A stretch of DNA of 64,000 nt from an uncultured Actinomycetota bacterium (GTDB lineage Bacteria; Actinomycetota; Actinomycetes; JACCUZ01): positions 2,268 through 66,267 of the forward strand of contig CAVOOW010000008.1 of the NCBI GenBank assembly GCA_963697675.1, in the 5' to 3' direction. Position numbers and translations under genes: made by a program. The stretch's first letter is position 1. The number at the start of each line of letters is the position of its first letter. The notes beneath the pieces are model-generated. The model was not told the origin of the DNA. It did not search any database and saw nothing but the letters and a program-made list of their open reading frames with translations. Positions 10,130-19,019 of this stretch are shown here, piece by piece.

Positions 10130-11830
10130 ATGACGACGGCAGCCGAACTCTTCGCCCTTCACGAGCCGACCCTGCAGCGTGCCCTGACCGCGATCCGGGA
10201 GCGCAGCTACTGGTCCGCCTACCCGGAGAACCTCAGGGCCTACGGCAACCCGGAGACACCCGACGGGACGCAATCCGCTGCAGACGGCAAGGCCGCCTTC
10301 GACGCGTACCTCGCAAAGCCGTTCCCGCTGGAGCAGACCGGGACCGACGGAGAGGTGGCCGGCGAGCGCTCTCCGTACGGCATCGACCTGGGCGTCATCT
10401 ACCCGCACGCCGACATCGACGCCCTCGTCGCCGCCGCGCAGCAGGCCATCCCCGCATGGCGCGACGCCGGGCCGGATGCGCGCACCGGTGTCGCCATTGA
10501 GATCCTGCACCGGATCAACGCGCGCAGCCACGAGTTCGCCCAGGCTGTGATGCACACAAGTGGTCAGGCATACGCGATGGCGTTCCAGGCCGGCGGCCCG
10601 CACGCGCAGGACCGGGCGCTCGAGGCGATCGCCTACTCCTACGCCGAGATGACGCGGCACGCGCACGAGGCAACCTGGGAGAAGCCGCAGGGCAAGCGCC
10701 CGCCGCAGCGGATGACGAAGCGGTTCACGGTCGTCCCTCGCGGAGTCGCCCTGGTCATCGGCTGCAACACCTTCCCGACATGGAACTCCTTCCCTGGTCT
10801 GTTCGCGAGTCTCGTGACCGGCAACGCCATCGTCGTCAAGCCGCACCCGCGGGCGGTGCTGCCGCTCGCCATCACGGTGCAGATCGCGCGCGACGTGCTG
10901 GCCGAGACGGGCTTCTCGCCCGACCTCGTCACCCTGGCGGCCGAGAAGCCGGGCGAGGGGCTCGCGAAAGTTCTCGCGCAGCGCGACGAGGTGCGGATCA
11001 TCGACTACACCGGTTCCACGGAGTTCGGCAACTGGTTGGAGCGCAATGCTCCGCAAGCGTCCGTCTTCACCGAGAAGGCCGGCGTCAACACCGTCGTCAT
11101 CGACTCGACCGACGACTACAAGGGGATGCTCGCCAACCTCGCGTTCTCCCTCTCCCTCTACAGCGGTCAGATGTGCACGACACCGCAGAACCTCCTCGTA
11201 CCCCGCGACGGCATCACTGCGGACGGCGAGCCGACATCGGTCGACGACTTCGCGCGCGACCTCGCGGGTGCGGTGGACGCGCTGCTCGGCGACGATGCGC
11301 GGGCAACAGCGTTGCTGGGCGCCATCGTCAACGAGGATGTCGTCGCACGTCTCGATGCGGTTCCGTCGTATGGGGAAGTCGTGTTGCGCTCACGTGCGAT
11401 CGAGCACCCAGAGTTCCCTGAGGCAACGGTGCGCACGCCCGCCGTCGTACGCATCGATGTCGCCGACCGCGCCACCTATCTGCAGGAGTGCTTCGGCCCG
11501 GTTTCGTTCCTCGTGACGACCGACGGCACCGCGCAGTCCATCGATGTGCTGCGCGACTCGGTGCGCGACCACGGTGCGATCACAGCAGCGGTCTACTCGA
11601 CCGACGAGAAGGTGCTCGAGGCCACCGAGGCGGCAGCCCTGGACTCCGGTGTCGCGCTGTCCTGCAACCTCACCGAGACGGTGTACGTGAACCAGTCGGC
11701 AGCGTTCAGCGACTTCCACGCGACAGGCGCCAACCCGGCGGCCAACGCCGCGCTCACGGACGCGGCGTACGTCGCCAGCCGGTTCCGCATCGTGCAGTCA
11801 CGTCGGCACCTGCCAGCCGTCGCCGGATGA
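10130..11830 (+). CDS. paaN: PaaN-type aldehyde dehydrogenase (phenylacetate pathway ring-opening enzyme family)
   Basis: 566-aa ORF with the N-terminus LFALHEPTLQRALTAIRERSYWSAYPE, plus FTEKAGVN and SGQMCTTPQN, typical of the PaaN clade of the ALDH superfamily. Confidence 0.75.
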   Translation: MTTAAELFALHEPTLQRALTAIRERSYWSAYPENLRAYGNPETPDGTQSAADGKAAFDAYLAKPFPLEQTGTDGEVAGERSPYGIDLGVIYPHADIDALVAAAQQAIPAWRDAGPDARTGVAIEILHRINARSHEFAQAVMHTSGQAYAMAFQAGGPHAQDRALEAIAYSYAEMTRHAHEATWEKPQGKRPPQRMTKRFTVVPRGVALVIGCNTFPTWNSFPGLFASLVTGNAIVVKPHPRAVLPLAITVQIARDVLAETGFSPDLVTLAAEKPGEGLAKVLAQRDEVRIIDYTGSTEFGNWLERNAPQASVFTEKAGVNTVVIDSTDDYKGMLANLAFSLSLYSGQMCTTPQNLLVPRDGITADGEPTSVDDFARDLAGAVDALLGDDARATALLGAIVNEDVVARLDAVPSYGEVVLRSRAIEHPEFPEATVRTPAVVRIDVADRATYLQECFGPVSFLVTTDGTAQSIDVLRDSVRDHGAITAAVYSTDEKVLEATEAAALDSGVALSCNLTETVYVNQSAAFSDFHATGANPAANAALTDAAYVASRFRIVQSRRHLPAVAG

Positions 11831-12210
11831 GCCGCCGTGCCAACTACGGCCTCGACGCCCCCGGGGTGCTGGTCGGGCTGACCGCGGGCGGGCTGATCCT
11901 GCTCACCGTCAGCTTCGTGAACGCTGTGCTCGCTTTCGGCTTCGGGGCGGTGGTCGGGCCGCTGATCGGCGCCGCCTTCATGTTCTCGAGCGCGGCCGTG
12001 TCCCTGCACACGACACGGCGCGGGAAGTTCGCCGTCTGGGCGAGGCTGCTCGACGATCTCGGTCTGGCCGGTGACGAACAGGTTCTCGACCTCGGGTGCG
12101 GGCGCGGCGCGGGGCAGGTCGCCGTGCGCCCGCTGGGCTGGCGTTTCTGGTACGGAGGTCCGTGGATGGGCGCCCGCCTCATCACCGCGACAAGACCACC
12201 CGCCGGCTGA
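11827..12210 (+). pseudogene. class I SAM-dependent methyltransferase remnant (internal deletion)
   Basis: ATGA overlap with the paaN stop. The N-terminal membrane segment and motif I (VLDLGCGRGA) are followed directly by the family C-terminus (LGWRFWYGGPW...). The rest of the Rossmann fold, about 110 aa, is absent. Confidence 0.55.
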
Positions 12211-12853
12211 TCCAGCCGATCGGCCGAGCTGGCTGCGGCCATGTGCTGAGGGCGATGCCGGCCAGGATCGCGCTCGCGCCGAACGCCTGGGCCACGCCGA
12301 ACGGGTCGCCGAGCACCAGGACACCCACACCGACGCCGACGAGCGGCTCGAGGGTCATGAACGCGCCCGCCACCTCGGGCGCCACCTTGCTCTGGCCGTA
12401 GGCAAAGAGAGTGAAGGGTACGAGCGTGCCCAGCACCACCAGTGCCGCGAGCACACCGAGGTCTTCGACACCGCGCGGCGCCGATGGCGCACCCTCGAGC
12501 AGCATCGCTGCCACGGTGCTCGCGACGGCCGCGCCGCCAAGCTGCACTGCAGTGACCGCGACGACATCCCCGCCTTTGAGCAACCGCGGCTGAACGATCG
12601 TGAACACCGCTGAGACGACCAGCGAGACCAGCACGAGGCCGTCACCCACCAGGTCACCACCGGAACCGCCGCCGCCGGCCACCAGCGCGACCCCCGCGAG
12701 CGCAGAGGCGAAGCCGACGCCCGCGAGGGGCCGCACGGGAGCAAGCCCGAGCAGGACACACAGGACAGCCACCATCGCCGGCAGGGCGCCGATCAGGATC
12801 GCCGCATGCGTGGCACTCGTGCGAGCGATGCCGGCGTTCTGCAGCAAGATCAC
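12182..12853 (-). pseudogene. EamA/DMT family transporter, 5'-truncated
   Basis: Family-like sequence begins inside TM3/TM4 (LQNAGIARTSATHAAILIGALPAMVAVL) and runs to the stop. No TM1-TM2 coding is seen in any minus frame between 12860 and 13100. The first usable start is GTG 12853. Confidence 0.6.
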
Positions 12854-13102
12854 CAAGGCGACCTCACCGCTGCCTGTCGCGGCGACCGCCGAATCCCGGC
12901 GCTGACCGTACCCATGACCGTGGCGGTGCGTCTGCCCAGCGGTAGCGCTCAAGTTGCCCGGTGCCGGTGGACGACATAGGTTGACCAGGCACCGCTTGCG
13001 AGCCGCCTCTCGGCACGCAGCGAGTCCGGTGGGGGACCCGCCACCAACCGTGAGGAACCACCGATCACAGTCGCAGGCGCACCGGAACCCGACCCCTTCA
13101 GC

Positions 13103-13447
13103 GTGGTCGCGCTGCCTCCTGAGGTAGATCTGTCCAACGCCTCCGACGTGCTGGCGGGCCTCTTGTCCGTGATCAACCGCGGCGGGACCCATCTGATCGT
13201 CGACGCACAGGCCGTCCGGTTCATGGACTCCTCTGCGCTCAACACGCTCGTCCGGGCACGTCAGCGCACCGACGCGATGGGCGGCTCCCTGCATGTCGTC
13301 GCACCGAGTCGCCGGCTCCGCAGGCTGCTGGAGATCAGCCGGCTCGACCGGGTCCTGCGACGCGTCGACTCCGTCGAAGAGGCCCTCGCCTGCCTGGCCA
13401 ATCCCACGAGCGAGCACCAATGCGCCGAGGTTGCTCCGGCCGCTTGA
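13103..13447 (+). CDS. STAS-domain anti-sigma-factor antagonist (start unresolved)
   Basis: The product reads ...VVALPPEVDLSNASDVL...LIVDAQAVRFMDSSALNTLVRA...LHVVAPSRRLRRLLEISRL. The reading frame is open from 12980 and encodes beta1-like ITVAG. There is no ATG/GTG/TTG upstream of GTG 13103. Confidence 0.6.
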   Translation: MVALPPEVDLSNASDVLAGLLSVINRGGTHLIVDAQAVRFMDSSALNTLVRARQRTDAMGGSLHVVAPSRRLRRLLEISRLDRVLRRVDSVEEALACLANPTSEHQCAEVAPAA

Positions 13448-13561
13448 CCGGCCGCCGCCTCGACGAGGTGGCCCGAGGAGGTCAAGTCCGGCGTCCCGGA
13501 CGCCGAACCTTCCCGGTAGGGGTCCGTACCACGGACCCGCCACGAAGGGTCTCGGGTAACC

Positions 13562-14824
13562 ATGCAGCGGCGCCGATCCGGCGGCCTGGTCACAGTTCTG
13601 CTGTGTCTGGGTCTGGTGCTCAGCTCAACCACACCCACCTTCGCCGACGAGCACAACCCGCCCCCGACCACTCGGGACGAGATCCTCGCCCAGCTGCGCC
13701 ACGACCTCGACGAGTCGAGCGAGGCAATGATCAACGCCGCTGCGGACCTGCGGCTCGCCGAGGGCGCGCTGCCCGCTGCCAAGCGCACCGCCACGCGGAC
13801 CCAGCAACTGCTGCTCGCCGCCCAGCAGCGCGAGGCTGCGGCCGCGAAGCTGCGCGGCATCGCCCAGGTGGAGCTCATCGTGACCACCCGGGACATGGAG
13901 GACATGGCCGCCCAGGTCGCCGACCAGCATGACCGCATCGGGCGGCTGGCCCGAGCCGTCTACCAGAGCGGCGGCTCGATGTCCGACATGTCGATGCTGC
14001 TCGAGGCCCAGTCACCAGCCGACTTCGCCGAGCGGATGGTCGCCTTCCAGACTGTGCTGAACTCGCAGCGCTCGGCCCTCGACGACCTGCGGACCGTGCA
14101 GACGACGTACGCCGACCGCACCGACGCGCTCGAAGTGGTGCGCGACAAGGTAGCGGCGGCCGACGAGAAGGCACAGCGTGAGCTCGGGGTCATCGCCGGC
14201 CTCGCCGCGCGCGCCCTGGCCGCCGAGACCGAGGTGCGCCGGCTGGTCACTGCTCGCGCCGCCGCGGTCGCGGCGACCAACGCCGCCCAGGTCGTCGACG
14301 CGGCGCAGGGCCAGGTGCAGCAGGGCTCGCAGACCTCCCTGCAGGCCCAGCTCCTCGCGCAGGCCAAGGCGCTGCTCGGCTCAGCCGGCAGCCGGCCAGG
14401 TTCCAGCATCCCCCCCGTACCCGGCACGCTTGCCTGGCCCGCGCACGGCCCGATCACCTCGCCGTTCGGCATGCGCGTCCACCCGATCACGGGCGTCCGC
14501 AAGCTGCACACCGGCACCGACCTCGGCGTCCCCTGCGGCACCCCGGTCCACGCGGCGCGCGAGGGCACCGTCCTGTCCGCCGGCTGGGACACCGCGTACG
14601 GCTTCCGCACGGTCGTGTCACACGGAGTCGTCAACGGCGCCCTGCTGACGACGACGTACAACCACCAGTCGCACCTCGGCGTCAGCGCGGGGCAGCACGT
14701 CGACGTCGGTCAGGTCATCGGACTGAGTGGCACCACGGGATATTCGACCGGCTGCCACCTGCACTTCGAGCTCCTGGTCAACGCCGACTTCGTCGACCCG
14801 ATGCCCTGGATGACGAAGAGCTAG
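13562..14824 (+). CDS. secreted M23 family metallopeptidase with N-terminal coiled coil
   Basis: Signal peptide, a long Ala/Gln/Leu-rich coiled coil, and a C-terminal LytM domain (HTGTDLGVPCGTPVHAA...GYSTGCHLHFEL). Confidence 0.85.
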   Translation: MQRRRSGGLVTVLLCLGLVLSSTTPTFADEHNPPPTTRDEILAQLRHDLDESSEAMINAAADLRLAEGALPAAKRTATRTQQLLLAAQQREAAAAKLRGIAQVELIVTTRDMEDMAAQVADQHDRIGRLARAVYQSGGSMSDMSMLLEAQSPADFAERMVAFQTVLNSQRSALDDLRTVQTTYADRTDALEVVRDKVAAADEKAQRELGVIAGLAARALAAETEVRRLVTARAAAVAATNAAQVVDAAQGQVQQGSQTSLQAQLLAQAKALLGSAGSRPGSSIPPVPGTLAWPAHGPITSPFGMRVHPITGVRKLHTGTDLGVPCGTPVHAAREGTVLSAGWDTAYGFRTVVSHGVVNGALLTTTYNHQSHLGVSAGQHVDVGQVIGLSGTTGYSTGCHLHFELLVNADFVDPMPWMTKS

Positions 14825-15541
14825 TCAGCTGAGCTGGGCGAGGAACGTCGAGAACCCGCCCGTCGCTCGCGCCTGCCGTCGCGCGCTGGTGGACACGGCT
14901 ATGTCTCCCACGCGCATGATCACTCGACCGGCAAGGGCGGCCACGAGTGCCACGTCCTCATCGCAGGACAGGCCGGGGAAACCGCCTGCGGCGAGATAGG
15001 CGTTGGCTCTGCACCCGACGTTCGCACCGTGCACATGGGGATGACCATCGCCCGCCTCGTACGTCGCTGCCCAGCTCTGCGCCACGTCTGCCGCATGATC
15101 CGTCCAGTCCTCGACCGTCACCGTCCCCAGGACCAGTTCTGCACCGTGGGCCGCCAGCTCGATCTGCCGGATCAGCCAGTGGTCTGGCACTCGGGAGTCG
15201 GCGTCGGTGCTGGCCAGCCAGAGCGTTGACGGGCTCGCCGGCGAATGCCTGCGCAGCACTTCGGCGCAGCCTCTCGCCCGCGCCAGGCCCACGTTGGCTG
15301 AGTCGATCGCGATCGCGAGCACGTCATAGTCGGCGACCACCGCCGCGCTTGCGTCGACGCAACGGTCGAGCACGACCACCGTCGTGACCTCGATGTCCGT
15401 CTCTTCCTGTACCCGTGTCACGGCGCGACCCAGTCCGTCGAGGCAGCGGGGCAGGAGCTGCTGCTCGTCGCGGGCCGGCACCACGACGCCGATGTGCTCT
15501 ATCCCGCCTGTGCCACCCCGCGATGTCCCCTCCGAGGTCAC
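14825..15541 (-). CDS. family 2 glycosyltransferase
   Basis: GVVVPARDEQQLLPRCL...VVVLDRCVDAS... GT-A signature. Last gene of a 4-gene overlapping operon. Confidence 0.75.
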   Translation of the reverse strand: MTSEGTSRGGTGGIEHIGVVVPARDEQQLLPRCLDGLGRAVTRVQEETDIEVTTVVVLDRCVDASAAVVADYDVLAIAIDSANVGLARARGCAEVLRRHSPASPSTLWLASTDADSRVPDHWLIRQIELAAHGAELVLGTVTVEDWTDHAADVAQSWAATYEAGDGHPHVHGANVGCRANAYLAAGGFPGLSCDEDVALVAALAGRVIMRVGDIAVSTSARRQARATGGFSTFLAQLS

Positions 15542-16143
15542 GTGACAAGCCCTTCATCCTCGGCCACCGATGGTTGCCGGCCATGGGTGAACACCTCGAG
15601 CAGGAAGTCGGTCTCCTCGTGGAACACGGCCCGGGCAAGTGCCGTTCGCTCGCGGATTGCCCGATGAACGGCGTCTCCCGACTGTGGATAGTCGGCGACG
15701 GGATGCCGCCAGTGGCAAGTCAGCAGAACACCGCCGGCGGCAAGGCCGTCGACCGTCCGATCGATCAACACCTCGAGGTCGTCGGCGTCGAGGTAGTAAC
15801 CGACCTCGGAGAGGACGACGAGGTCGAACTCCCCCGGCGGCCACTCCCCGGGAAGCATCCGGCGCTCGACGTGAACGTGACGGTGAACGGCGACCTGTTG
15901 CCTGGCCCGGGCGGCAGCGGCCTCGCTCGCGTCGACAGCGAGCAACTGGTCGCAGCGAGCAGCCAGAGCACTGGTCACCAGGCCGATGGAGCAGCCCGCT
16001 TCGAAGGCCCGCCGATAGCGTCGGTGGGGAAGCGACGCCAGGGTGACGTCTCGCTTGCGACTCTCGTACCAGCGATCACGGAAGCCCCAGGGATCCTCCT
16101 TGCTGGCATAGAGGTCATCGAAATAGCCGGCGGGCAGCGTCAC
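15538..16143 (-). CDS. NodS-like SAM-dependent methyltransferase
   Basis: YFDDLYASKEDPWGFRDRWYESRKR... then AFEAGCSIGLVT (motif I), typical of the NodS family. 4-nt overlaps at both ends. Confidence 0.75.
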   Translation of the reverse strand: MTLPAGYFDDLYASKEDPWGFRDRWYESRKRDVTLASLPHRRYRRAFEAGCSIGLVTSALAARCDQLLAVDASEAAAARARQQVAVHRHVHVERRMLPGEWPPGEFDLVVLSEVGYYLDADDLEVLIDRTVDGLAAGGVLLTCHWRHPVADYPQSGDAVHRAIRERTALARAVFHEETDFLLEVFTHGRQPSVAEDEGLVT

Positions 16144-16871
16144 GTGAACACCACTTCGATGTCCCGCAGGAAGTGGTCGAGGACGCGCTGGGGCAGCACC
16201 GGGCCGTCGGCCAGGTGCGGGCCGATCGACTCGACCTGGGTGCGGAACTCAGCGATCGCGGCTGCCTTGGACTCCATGACGTCCGCGGGCAGGGCAACGG
16301 TACGGGCCCGCTCCCACGGGATGCGCGAGTCACCGGGACCGGCCCAGTGCCATGCCCAGATCGGCATCTCGACAAGGTCGTCACCGACCTCGGCCGCAGC
16401 CCTGCCGCAGGCCTCGTGGTCGGGATGTCCGTCGCCGCGAAACGGCGCAATCCACAAGTCGCCCGGCCGGTGCAGGGCGCGGACGTATCGGGCAAGATCG
16501 ACGTACCTCTCCCCGAGGGTGCCGTCCGGCAGGCCGAGCCACACCGCGTCGCCGCCAACGCCCAGCCGCGAAAGCGCAGCGCGGGTCTCGTTCATGCGCA
16601 GCAGCGCCAGATCGGGGACCACGGCAGCGCTCGACCCGGGATGCGATGCCTCACCGTTCGTGGCCCAGACGAAGGAGACTGGGATGCCGAGCCGGGCAAG
16701 GAGCACGAGAGTGCCGCCGACCGCGAGCACCTCGTCGTCGGGATGCGCGGCCAGGACGACGACCCTCCGGTCCTGCCAGCCCGACAGGTCGAGAGACGGC
16801 CAGCTGCCCATCTCGGTCCATTCACGCCATCGGGACTCGTCTGTGCCGCGGTTCACGTCGATGTCCGTCAT
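16140..16871 (-). CDS. PIG-L/LmbE family deacetylase
   Basis: VVVLAAHPDDEVLAVGG and HPDH motifs. Confidence 0.8.
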   Translation of the reverse strand: MTDIDVNRGTDESRWREWTEMGSWPSLDLSGWQDRRVVVLAAHPDDEVLAVGGTLVLLARLGIPVSFVWATNGEASHPGSSAAVVPDLALLRMNETRAALSRLGVGGDAVWLGLPDGTLGERYVDLARYVRALHRPGDLWIAPFRGDGHPDHEACGRAAAEVGDDLVEMPIWAWHWAGPGDSRIPWERARTVALPADVMESKAAAIAEFRTQVESIGPHLADGPVLPQRVLDHFLRDIEVVFT

Positions 16872-17923
16872 CGGTGGCCACCCTTCTCGACGACCAACCG
16901 GCCAGCGGCTTCCAGGTCACGTTCGGCGTGGCTCTGCCGTAGATAGAGCTCCAGGTCACCGACCCGCTTCGCGTGCGCGGCGTCCAGAGCCAGCGGCGCG
17001 GCACCGAGTGCGCGACCGACTCGGTCGACGACCTGGACAGCTGCGCTCTCGACGACAGCGCGGACCTGACGTGCCGCCAGCTCTGCGTCGCCGGACTGGT
17101 TGCCAGGGTCGGCGTCGATCAGGTCAGCCGCTCGAGCGAGCAAGGCCTCAGCGGCAGCCAGCACGGCGTCGATGGCACCGATGTGAGCGAGTGCGTGGTG
17201 GTCCAGCTGACGACGGCGCGCAGTCGTCCACAACGGTTCGGTGATGCCGAGCGCGCCGCCCAGCCACACCGCCGCCACCCCCATCGCGCCGTGCCAGAAA
17301 CCCGGACGGTTCAGGTAGTCGTCCACCCCGCCCACCGGTATCGCGGGTGTCGCTGTGAACGCAACGGATCGACTGTCACAGCCGCGCATCGAACGGGCGG
17401 GCCAGGTGCCGTCAACGGGACGAGCCGAGGAGTCGTGCAAATCGACCGCGAACAGGCGATACCCATCCACGGTGTGAGCGGTCACGAGCGCGGCGTCGCA
17501 ACACCCGGCACCGCTGCACCACGGCTTGGTGCCGTCGATCAGCCACCCTGACGACGACTGCGTCGCAGTCAGCGGCGAGGTCGGTGGGTTGGCGGCCCAC
17601 ACGCCCCACAGCCAACGGCTGCGTTGCCCGATCTCCGATCCCGACAGCAAGGGGTCGGCACCGGTCAGCTCTTTGATGATCGCCTGGGCGTCCACGTGCG
17701 CCTCGGCGAGCCGGGCCACATCCAGGTCGATGCGAGCGATCTCGCTCAGTGCGCGGAATCGGTCAGCGCTGCTTCCCCCGCCCGGAAGCGGGAGGTCGAG
17801 CAACCCGCAGTCCAGCGCACGACGGACCCACGAGGCCGTCGTCGCTGGCTCGGCCGGGTCACCGGGCGGCCGCAAGCCGTCCAGCTGACGGGAGACCCCG
17901 GCGGCGGGCAACGAAAGGAGCAT
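16868..17923 (-). CDS. acyl-CoA dehydrogenase-fold flavoprotein
   Basis: 351 aa with the ACAD middle and C-terminal domain pattern (RFRALSEIARIDLDVARLAEAHVDA..., ...GTKPWCSGAG...). First gene of the operon. Confidence 0.65.
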   Translation of the reverse strand: MLLSLPAAGVSRQLDGLRPPGDPAEPATTASWVRRALDCGLLDLPLPGGGSSADRFRALSEIARIDLDVARLAEAHVDAQAIIKELTGADPLLSGSEIGQRSRWLWGVWAANPPTSPLTATQSSSGWLIDGTKPWCSGAGCCDAALVTAHTVDGYRLFAVDLHDSSARPVDGTWPARSMRGCDSRSVAFTATPAIPVGGVDDYLNRPGFWHGAMGVAAVWLGGALGITEPLWTTARRRQLDHHALAHIGAIDAVLAAAEALLARAADLIDADPGNQSGDAELAARQVRAVVESAAVQVVDRVGRALGAAPLALDAAHAKRVGDLELYLRQSHAERDLEAAGRLVVEKGGHR

Positions 17924-18017
17924 GCGGCGCGTCTTACCCCCATGATCGACCGAGTCACACCTGCGGACGGAAATCTTCTGCCCTCCTCGTCCGTTCGTCA
18001 GGCGTGAGCCCCCTTAG

Positions 18018-19013
18018 GTGCCCGCCAAGGCGGAAGGTGACATGACCCAGCAGACCGACGTCCTGATGGACGAAAGGGACGATTTCGACAGCGAGGTCGG
18101 CACGCCCGACCTCATCCGCCTCTACCTCGACGAGATCGGGAAGGCACCTCTGCTCGACGCGGCGAGCGAGGTCGACCTCGCCCGGCGCATCGAGGCCGGG
18201 CTCTTCGCGCGGCACCTGCTCGACGACCTGGGCCAGCGACGGGCCATCAAGCTGCAGAACGCGCGCAAGATCGCTACCTGGGTCGAGCTCGACCGGGTTG
18301 CGGCCGACGGCGAGCTCGCGAAGCGCGCGTTCATCCGATCCAACCTGCGGCTGGTCGTCTCCCTGGCCCGCCGATACCGCCGGTCCACGATGCCGCTGCT
18401 CGACCTCATCCAGGAGGGCAACGTCGGGTTGGTACGTGCGGTGGAGAAGTTCGACTACACGCGCGGCTACAAGTTCTCGACCTATGCCACCTGGTGGATC
18501 CGGCAGTCGATCGGCCGGGCCATCGCCGAGCAGAGCCGCACCGTGCGCCTGCCGGTGCATCAGGTCGAGCGGCTCAGCCGCCTCACGCGCACCCGTCGCG
18601 AGCTGGCCGTGTCACTCGGCCGCGACGCCACCGACGACGAGGTGGCTGCCGAGCTGGACCTCACGCTCGAGATGGTCGCCGACCTCGACTCCATCTCCCG
18701 CACCCCGGCCAGCCTGGACATGCTGATCGGACAGGACGGCGGCACCACCCTCGGCGACCTCGTCGACGCGGCCGATCCCGGTCCGGAGGAGGTCGTCGTC
18801 GCCCAGCTGTCGCGCGCGGCTCTCGTCGCCTCGATCGACCAGCTCGACCCGCGGGAGGCCGAGGTGATCCGGTCGCGATACAGCCTCGCGGAAGAGCGGC
18901 GACAGACGTACGACGAGATCGCTGCGCGCCTGGGTGTCTCGCGTGAACGCACCCGCCAGATCGAGCGCGAGGCCCTGGTCAAGCTCCGTCGCTGGGTCAG
19001 CCCGCCGAACTGA
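18018..19013 (+). CDS. sigma-70 family RNA polymerase sigma factor (group 2-like)
   Basis: Regions 1.2 (DLIRLYLDEIGKAPLL), 2 (LIQEGNVGLVRAVEKFDYTRGYKFSTYATWWIRQ), 3 and 4 (YDEIAARLGVSRERTRQIE) are present. An alternative start is ATG 18042. Confidence 0.85.
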   Translation: MPAKAEGDMTQQTDVLMDERDDFDSEVGTPDLIRLYLDEIGKAPLLDAASEVDLARRIEAGLFARHLLDDLGQRRAIKLQNARKIATWVELDRVAADGELAKRAFIRSNLRLVVSLARRYRRSTMPLLDLIQEGNVGLVRAVEKFDYTRGYKFSTYATWWIRQSIGRAIAEQSRTVRLPVHQVERLSRLTRTRRELAVSLGRDATDDEVAAELDLTLEMVADLDSISRTPASLDMLIGQDGGTTLGDLVDAADPGPEEVVVAQLSRAALVASIDQLDPREAEVIRSRYSLAEERRQTYDEIAARLGVSRERTRQIEREALVKLRRWVSPPN

Positions 19014-19019
19014 CGGGGG

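Noticed and set aside
10079-11056. The N-terminal 326 codons of ORF 9125..11056 as part of the methyltransferase.
   Set aside because: The region is antisense to the well-supported paaN gene and has no family similarity. The mmuM homology starts at GTG 10078.
13448-13561. A structured leader (hairpins ggcgtc/gacgcc and gggtccgt/acggaccc) upstream of the M23 peptidase, considered as a ydaO-type c-di-AMP riboswitch.
   Set aside because: It is only about 114 nt, and I cannot recognise the conserved ydaO sequence blocks. Without a covariance-model scan the claim is unsupported.
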